Part shown: positions 15,233 to 24,000 of the stretch, piece after piece | How the letters are laid out: each line of letters starts with the position of its first letter | How positions within the stretch are numbered: position 1 is the first letter of the stretch | Source: Frateuria defendens | Lineage (GTDB): Bacteria; Pseudomonadota; Gammaproteobacteria; Xanthomonadales; Rhodanobacteraceae | Assembly (NCBI RefSeq): GCF_001182895.1 | Contig: NZ_LFQR01000002.1 | Coordinates: 1-24,000 of the forward strand | DNA: 24,000 bases | Reading direction: 5' to 3' | Position numbers and translations under genes: made by a program | The notes under the pieces: model-generated | What the model was told of the DNA's origin: nothing | Databases searched by the model: none | What the model saw: the letters and a program-made list of their open reading frames with translations, nothing else

Positions 15233-17172
15233 TCATTGGCACGGCCGGCCATATCGACCACGGCAAGACCTCGCTGGTCAAAGCCCTCACCGGCGTCGAC
15301 GGCGACCGTCTCAAGGAAGAGAAGGCCCGCGGCATCACCATTGACCTCGGCTTCGCCTACCTGCCGCTGGAAGACGGCCTCACCCTCGGCTTCGTCGACG
15401 TGCCCGGCCACGAGCGCTTCGTGCACACCATGGTGGCCGGCGCCAGCGGCATCGACATCGCCCTGCTGGTGGTGGCGGCCGACGACGGAGTGATGCCGCA
15501 GACCCTCGAACACCTGGCGATCCTGGACCTGCTGCACATCCGGCGCGGCCTGGTGGCCCTGACCAAGGCCGACCTGGCGACGCCCGAGCGGCTGGCCGAG
15601 GTGCGCGCGCAGATCCGCGAAGCGACCGCGGGCACCGTGCTCGCTGGCGCCGACATCTTGCCGGTTTCCTCGGCCACGGGCGCCGGCATCGGCGCGCTGC
15701 GCGAGCGGCTTGCCGCCGAGGCGCGCACGCTGGGCGAGCGCGCCGCCGACGGCCGCTTCCGCCTGGCCATCGACCGCGTGTTCGTGCTGCCCGGCATCGG
15801 CGTGACGGTGACCGGCACCGTGCTGTCCGGCGCGGTGCGCGTCAAGGACCAGGTGCTGCTCAGCCCCTCGGGACTGGCCGCGCGCGTGCGCTCGCTGCAT
15901 GCGCAGAACCGCCCCGTGGAGAGCGGGCGGGCCGGCGACCGCTGCGCGCTCAATCTCGTCGGCGAGGGCATCGCCAAGGCGGCGATCCATCGCGGCGACA
16001 TGCTGGTCGACCCTTTCCTGCACGCGCCGACCGACCGCATCGACGCGCGCCTGCGCCTCCTGCCCGGCGAACCCAGGCCGCTCGGCCAATGGTTTCCGGC
16101 GCGGCTGCACCACGGCGCGGTCGAAGTCGGCGCGCGCATCGTGCTGCTCGAAGGCGAGCAACTGCCGCCGGGCGGCACCACCGACATCCAACTGGTGCTG
16201 GATCGGCCGATCGCCGCCGCCGCGCTCGACCGCTTCGTGCTGCGCGACGTCTCCGCCCAGCGCACCCTAGGCGGCGGCCAGTTCCTCGACCTGCGCGCGC
16301 CCTCGCGCCAGCGCCGCACCGCCGCGCGCCAGGCCCAGCGCGCCGCGCTGGCCATCGCCGATCCGCAGCAGGCCTTCGCCGCCCTGCTCGACGCGCCGCC
16401 GTTCGCGTGGGATCTTCCGGGCTTCGCGCGGGAGCGCGCCCTGTCCCCGGCCAGGCTCGATGGCATCGTCGCCGCGCTCTCGCCGCTCGTCTTCGCCGCC
16501 GGCGACGAGCGCATCGCGGTCAACCGGACGCATTGGCTGCGCTTCGTCGCCGGCGTGGTCGAGTGTCTTCAGGCCTTCCACGCCTGCCATCCGGACCTGC
16601 AAGGCATGGGACGGGAGAAGCTGCGGCTGGCCTTGCAGCCCAGGCTGCCCGCCTCCGTCTTTGCGCAGGCCCTGCAGCATGCCGACCTCGCCGACCGCGT
16701 GGTCCGCGATGGCGCTTTCGTGCGGCTGGCCAGCCATTCCCTGCAGCTGAGCGCGGAGCGCGAGGCACTGTGGCAGGCGATTGCCCCGCTGCTGGACGGC
16801 GAGGCCCGCTTCCGCCCGCCGCGGGTGCGCGACATCGCCGGCGCGCTCGCCCAGCCGGAGCCGGACATCCGGCAGCTGATGAAATTCGCCGCACGGCTGG
16901 GCCTGACCGACGAAGTGGCGCACGATCATTTCTTCCTGCGCGCGACCGTGCACGAAATGGTGCTGATCGCCGCCGACGTCGCCGCGCAGGCGCCCGACGG
17001 CCGCTTCACCGCCGCGCAGTTCCGCGACCGCCTCGACAATGGTCGAAAAGTCGCCATCCAGATACTAGAATTCTTCGACCGGCAAGGCGTCACGCTCCAT
17101 CGCGGCACCTTGCGCAGGCTCCAGGCGCGGTACCTCGATTTGTTCGGACCCGTTCCTCTGCAGTCGCGTTGA
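15229..17172 (+). CDS. selB: Selenocysteine-specific translation elongation factor
   Basis: ATG 15229 overlaps the selA stop (ATGA). GTPase motifs are [20 protein letters not shown] and LTKADL. A long C-terminal winged-helix region is present. 647 aa. Confidence 0.93.
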   Translation: MIIGTAGHIDHGKTSLVKALTGVDGDRLKEEKARGITIDLGFAYLPLEDGLTLGFVDVPGHERFVHTMVAGASGIDIALLVVAADDGVMPQTLEHLAILDLLHIRRGLVALTKADLATPERLAEVRAQIREATAGTVLAGADILPVSSATGAGIGALRERLAAEARTLGERAADGRFRLAIDRVFVLPGIGVTVTGTVLSGAVRVKDQVLLSPSGLAARVRSLHAQNRPVESGRAGDRCALNLVGEGIAKAAIHRGDMLVDPFLHAPTDRIDARLRLLPGEPRPLGQWFPARLHHGAVEVGARIVLLEGEQLPPGGTTDIQLVLDRPIAAAALDRFVLRDVSAQRTLGGGQFLDLRAPSRQRRTAARQAQRAALAIADPQQAFAALLDAPPFAWDLPGFARERALSPARLDGIVAALSPLVFAAGDERIAVNRTHWLRFVAGVVECLQAFHACHPDLQGMGREKLRLALQPRLPASVFAQALQHADLADRVVRDGAFVRLASHSLQLSAEREALWQAIAPLLDGEARFRPPRVRDIAGALAQPEPDIRQLMKFAARLGLTDEVAHDHFFLRATVHEMVLIAADVAAQAPDGRFTAAQFRDRLDNGRKVAIQILEFFDRQGVTLHRGTLRRLQARYLDLFGPVPLQSR

Positions 17173-17174
17173 AT

Positions 17175-17271
17175 GGAAGAGAATCGTCTCCGGTGGGGCG
17201 TCCGGACTTCAAATCCGGGTGAGGCAGACAAGACTGTCTCGGGTGGGTTCGACTCCCATTCTCTTCCGCCA
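17175..17271 (+). tRNA. selC: tRNA-Sec (anticodon UCA)
   Basis: 97 nt: GGAAGAGAATCGTCTCCGGTGGGGCGTCCGGACTTCAAATCCGGGTGAGGCAGACAAGACTGTCTCGGGTGGGTTCGACTCCCATTCTCTTCCGCCA. It has an 8-bp acceptor stem GGAAGAGA/TCTCTTCC, anticodon loop CUUCAAA (UCA at 17209-17211), a long variable arm, a GGTTCGACTCC T-arm and an encoded CCA. It is close to the E. coli selC sequence. Confidence 0.95.
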
Positions 17272-17453
17272 TGCCGCGGGCGGTTGCCTCCGAACCTGTT
17301 CACGATCCCGCCACCGGCGCGCCGGGCGTCGCGCAGGCGTTCGCCTTGCGCGCAGCCGCGGAGTCATGGCGGCACCACTGCGTAAGCTTGTCGCGCGCAG
17401 CACGCTCCGACAGCAGCAGGGATCAACGCTCGGGGAGCGCGCGAGCAGGTTTC

Positions 17454-18494
17454 TCAGGCGACTTCGACGCCGGGAGCGCCTGCCGCCACCGAGCCGATGA
17501 GGCTCGCGCGGGGGTAGCCCGCCGCCTCGATCATCGCCCGGATCGCCTCGGCCCGTTCCGCCTTGCACGCGACCAGCAGGCCGCCCGAGGTCTGCGGGTC
17601 GGTCAGCAGGGCGCGGTGCCATGCCGGCAGGTGTTCCGGCAACGCCACGCCATCGCCGTAGCTGTTCCAGTTGCGCCCCGAGGCGCCCGTGACGTAGCCC
17701 GCCTCGGCCAGCGCCTCGGCCTGGGCGAGGAAAGGAATGCGCGTCTGCTCGATACTGATCCGCAGGCCGCTGCCGCGAGCCATTTCCAGGCTGTGGCCGA
17801 GCAGGCCGAAGCCGGTGACGTCGGTGATCGCGTGCACGTCCTCGTCCTTGGCCAGCTCGGTGCCGATGCGGTTGAGCAGCGTGGTCGAGGCCAGCATCTC
17901 CGCATACGCCTCCGTCGGCAGCACCTGCTTCTTGAACGCCGCCGAATAGACGCCCACGCCGATGCCCTTGGTCAGGATCAGCGCATCGCCCGCCTGCGCC
18001 CCCGCGTTGCGGCGCACGTTGGCGGGCGCGCACAGCCCGATCGCGGCAAGCCCGTAGATCGGCTCCACCGAATCGATCGAATGGCCGCCCGCGACTGGAA
18101 TGCCGGCCTGCGCGCACACCGCCTCGCCGCCAGCGAGGATCGCCCGCACCGTCTCCACCTCCAGCTTGCCCAGCGGCATGCCCAGGATGGCCAGCGCCAT
18201 GATCGGCTTGCCGCCCATCGCATACACGTCGGACAACGCATTGGCCGCCGCGATGCGGCCGAAATCGTAAGGGTCGTCCACCACCGGCATGAAGAAATCG
18301 GTGGTGGCGATCACGCAGGTGCGCTCGTCCACCTGCCACACCGCCGCATCGTCGCTGGACTCCCTGCCGACCAGCAACTGCGCGAACGGCATCGCCGACG
18401 TCTTGCCGGCGAGCAATTCCTGCAGCACGGACGGCGCGAGCTTGCAGCCACAACCGCCGCCGTGGGCGAGGTCGGTCAGACGAGGGGAGGACAT
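17454..18494 (-). CDS. selD: Selenide, water dikinase (selenophosphate synthetase), Cys-type
   Basis: ATG 18494 has GGAG 6 nt upstream. N-terminus is [21 protein letters not shown] (glycine-rich Cys/Lys active-site loop). An AIR-synthase-like fold is suggested by [20 protein letters not shown] and GGHSID. 346 aa; the remaining upstream part of ORF ..18839 is non-coding-like. Confidence 0.93.
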   Translation of the reverse strand: MSSPRLTDLAHGGGCGCKLAPSVLQELLAGKTSAMPFAQLLVGRESSDDAAVWQVDERTCVIATTDFFMPVVDDPYDFGRIAAANALSDVYAMGGKPIMALAILGMPLGKLEVETVRAILAGGEAVCAQAGIPVAGGHSIDSVEPIYGLAAIGLCAPANVRRNAGAQAGDALILTKGIGVGVYSAAFKKQVLPTEAYAEMLASTTLLNRIGTELAKDEDVHAITDVTGFGLLGHSLEMARGSGLRISIEQTRIPFLAQAEALAEAGYVTGASGRNWNSYGDGVALPEHLPAWHRALLTDPQTSGGLLVACKAERAEAIRAMIEAAGYPRASLIGSVAAGAPGVEVA

Positions 18495-18834
18495 GAGCGG
18501 CTCCTGCGGAAGGCACGATGGCGCGCGGCCAAAATCCTGCGCAGCATAGCGAAAAGCGCTCGCGCTGAAGCCGCGCATACCCGGACAGGCCGACGGCCTT
18601 ATCCGCCGAAACCGCCCGCAGGCGTCGTCACGCCGGGCATGGCTTCGGAGACCGGCGCACCCTCGGCCACGATGGCCAGCAGCAGGCCGCGCGTATCGCC
18701 CGGCGTACCGCAAAGCCGGCGTGCGCGGCCGCTCGGCACTGCTGGCCATGCTGCTGAGGGGAAACGGCAGCGCGTGAGGCCGTTCCGGCACCTCAGTTCG
18801 GCCTCGCCATGGAACCGGAGGCCTTTCTCCGGGC

Positions 18835-18860
18835 AACAAAAAACCCCTGAGGACAGGGGT
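18835..18860 (-). terminator. Rho-independent terminator downstream of tRNA-Ser
   Basis: On the minus strand: ACCCCTG-TCCT-CAGGGGT followed by TTTTTGTT (plus-strand A-run 18838-18843). It lies 10 nt after the tRNA 3' end. Confidence 0.75.
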
Positions 18861-18869
18861 CTTTGCAAC

Positions 18870-18962
18870 TGGCGGAGAGAGAGGGATTCGAACCCTCGAT
18901 AAGGCTTTTGACCCTATACTCCCTTAGCAGGGGAGCCCCTTCGGCCTCTCGGGCATCTCTCC
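18870..18962 (-). tRNA. serV: tRNA-Ser (anticodon GCU)
   Basis: Reverse complement: GGAGAGATGCCCGAGAGGCCGAAGGGGCTCCCCTGCTAAGGGAGTATAGGGTCAAAAGCCTTATCGAGGGTTCGAATCCCTCTCTCTCCGCCA. Acceptor stem GGAGAGA/TCTCTCC, anticodon stem-loop CTCCC-CTGCTAA-GGGAG, a long class II variable arm, T-arm GAGGG-TTCGAAT-CCCTC and an encoded CCA. Confidence 0.93.
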
Positions 18963-19035
18963 GTGTTTTGAGCCGCATTGCTGCGGAGCCGGCAAGGATA
19001 CCGACCAATGCGGCCGAGGTAAAGGTTTCGCTCGC

Positions 19036-19242
19036 TCAGTGCTCGCTGGAACCGCCGGTGGAGCCGTCGCCGGACTCGTTCTCGCCCTTGATGCGCTGGT
19101 AGATCTCTTCGCGGTGCACCGCGACGTTCTTGGGTGCATTGATGCCAATGCGGACCTGGTTGCCTTTAACGCCGAGCACGGTGACGGTCACCTCGTCGCC
19201 GATCATCAAGGTTTCACCGACCCTGCGGGTCAGAATCAACAT
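19036..19242 (-). CDS. csrA: Carbon storage regulator / translational repressor CsrA (RsmA)
   Basis: 68 aa, [51 protein letters not shown]. This is a near-canonical CsrA sequence. GGAG lies in CATGGAGTAGAAAAC upstream of the ATG. Confidence 0.96.
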   Translation of the reverse strand: MLILTRRVGETLMIGDEVTVTVLGVKGNQVRIGINAPKNVAVHREEIYQRIKGENESGDGSTGGSSEH

Positions 19243-19509
19243 GTTTTCTACTCCATGGATACTGATGGTTTAAGGCCTGCACGGCGTGAACCTCACCCCT
19301 GAGTCCACGCCTTGCATTCGACGACCGTCCGTCGAAGGCCTTACCGCCTTCCCCGGCACTCACAAACCTGTGTTCAAAGAACTTGTCTGTCGGCCTCGTT
19401 GCCTTGCAACGAACACCGGCATCCGACGGATACTAGCCGAGCCCAAGCGCCCTATGCAATGCGCTGGGCGCGGCGCGCTTCTTCATGTGGCAGCCGGGCC
19501 CTTTCGTAC

Positions 19510-22152
<2,643 letters not shown>

Positions 22153-22210
22153 GCGGATCTGGCGGCAAACTGGAAAAGAAAGCGCTTGGGACGCTGAACG
22201 CCGCGTTCGA

Positions 22211-22711
22211 TCAGTCGTCGGGATCGGCGGCATCGTCCACATCGGCGCGGGTGACGCCGCGTACTGTGGCGGCGGGGAAGCCCCGGCGCAAGAGGAACTG
22301 CGCCCGGCGGGCGCGCTCGGCGGGGTCGGCAGCGCCCCCCGAACCGTAGCGGCGCCGCAATTGTGACGCGGCCAGCGCCCCCCAGTCGACTTCGGCGGCG
22401 TCCAGCAGGGCCCGGATGCGCGCACCGGACAGGCCGTGGCTCTTGAGCTCGGCCTGCAGGCGCAGGGGGCCGTAACCCTGAGCGGCGCGGTTGCGGATCA
22501 GCGCCTCGGCGAAGCGCTCATCGTCCTGGTAGTGCTGCTGGCCGAGGCGGTCCAGCGCGTCGCCGGCCTCCCCGTCCTCGTAGCCGCCCTGGCGCAGCTT
22601 CTGCCCCAGCTCGCGACGCGAATGCTCGCGCCGCGCCAGCAGGCGCAGCGCCTTGTCGTAGGCACTGGCCTTGGGTTTATCCTCGCCTGAGCGGTCGCGC
22701 TGGCGTTTCAT
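22211..22711 (-). CDS. recX: RecA inhibitor RecX
   Basis: 166 aa with RecX-type three-helix repeats: [23 protein letters not shown]..., [32 protein letters not shown]. It sits immediately downstream of recA, as in most gammaproteobacteria. Confidence 0.9.
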   Translation of the reverse strand: MKRQRDRSGEDKPKASAYDKALRLLARREHSRRELGQKLRQGGYEDGEAGDALDRLGQQHYQDDERFAEALIRNRAAQGYGPLRLQAELKSHGLSGARIRALLDAAEVDWGALAASQLRRRYGSGGAADPAERARRAQFLLRRGFPAATVRGVTRADVDDAADPDD

Positions 22712-22746
22712 ACGTACGATGGCCTGCGAACGATGACCTACTGTAA

Positions 22747-22845
22747 GAGCGCGCCTGCGCGCGACCGCTGTTCGCCGCGCGCCCAGGACGCCCAGAAGAA
22801 GCCAAGGTCAAGCAAGGTCAAGGGCGGTCGCGCGCAGGCGCGCTC
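22747..22845 (-). promoter_or_regulatory. Large perfect inverted repeat in the recA-recX spacer (candidate attenuator / RNA structure)
   Basis: GAGCGCGCCTGCGCGCGACCGC (22747-22768) is the exact reverse complement of 22824-22845, giving 22-bp arms and a 55-nt loop. The loop carries the tandem 10-mer CAAGGTCAAG x2 (22803-22822). No U-tract follows the stem on the transcribed strand. Confidence 0.5.
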
Positions 22846-22860
22846 CTAATGCAGGGCGGC

Positions 22861-23895
<1,035 letters not shown>

Positions 23896-24000
23896 CGTAG
23901 GAGTCTCGTGTGCGGTGAATGGGGCGCATCGTGCCCGGGCTGCGTCTCACGGGCTGCGATGCGGTAAAGCAGGCGATCAGTATCCCACACCGGTCAAGCT

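Noticed and set aside
13556-16191. Long minus-strand ORFs (13556..15223, 14611..16191, 15357..16523) antisense to selA/selB
   Set aside because: These are high-GC antisense artefacts with low-complexity Arg/Ala/Gly translations and no recognisable domains.
13789-17172. 1127-aa + strand ORF spanning selA and selB
   Set aside because: Its first ~480 codons are a shifted-frame read through selA (Arg/Pro/Gly-rich nonsense). Only from ATG 15229 does the frame read as SelB ([15 protein letters not shown]). It is therefore not a fusion protein.
17272-17453. selC-associated island, integrase or direct repeat downstream of tRNA-Sec
   Set aside because: Only 182 nt separate selC from the selD stop. 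The composition is host-like, with no repeat of the tRNA 3' end and no ORF.
18972-19014. 9-bp inverted repeat GCCGCATTG / CAATGCGGC between csrA and tRNA-Ser as a terminator
   Set aside because: The loop is 25 nt and no U-tract follows on the transcribed strand. It may be a processing or structural element, but the evidence is too weak to annotate.
23896-24000. LexA/SOS box upstream of recA
   Set aside because: Neither a CTG-N10-CAG type nor a TTAG-N6-TACTA type box is present in the 105 nt available. The promoter probably extends beyond the window end, so no call can be made.

Overview
High-GC proteobacterial chromosome segment. Hand counts of several 60-nt lines give about 68-72% GC. Gene order and protein sequences look like a Xanthomonadales-type gammaproteobacterium, which is an inference only. 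From left to right the window contains: (1) a secreted S53 (sedolisin-family) peptidase with a clean intrinsic terminator. (2) A respiratory formate dehydrogenase operon, fdnG-fdnH-fdnI-fdhE. The ORF track splits fdnG at an in-frame TGA (2854-2856), which is a selenocysteine codon followed by a SECIS-like hairpin. (3) A REP-like palindromic spacer. (4) A minus-strand ArsP/COG0701-type permease with a vicinal-cysteine motif. (5) A roughly 4.2 kb lower-GC island (about 55-58% GC, about 9348-13534) that interrupts the formate dehydrogenase/selenium cluster. It carries a C5 cytosine methyltransferase (+) converging on a minus-strand two-gene operon. That operon encodes a 686-aa MORC-like GHKL ATPase fused to a PD-(D/E)xK (Shedu/DUF4263-like) nuclease, followed by an overlapping Vsr endonuclease gene. 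This is the best candidate for an uncharacterised defence or restriction system. (6) selA-selB-tRNA(Sec) packed as one unit, with selD convergent. (7) A conserved backbone on the minus strand: tRNA-Ser(GCU), csrA, alaS, recX, recA. No CRISPR array, transposase or integrase was seen. Many long alternative-frame ORFs in the track are high-GC artefacts.
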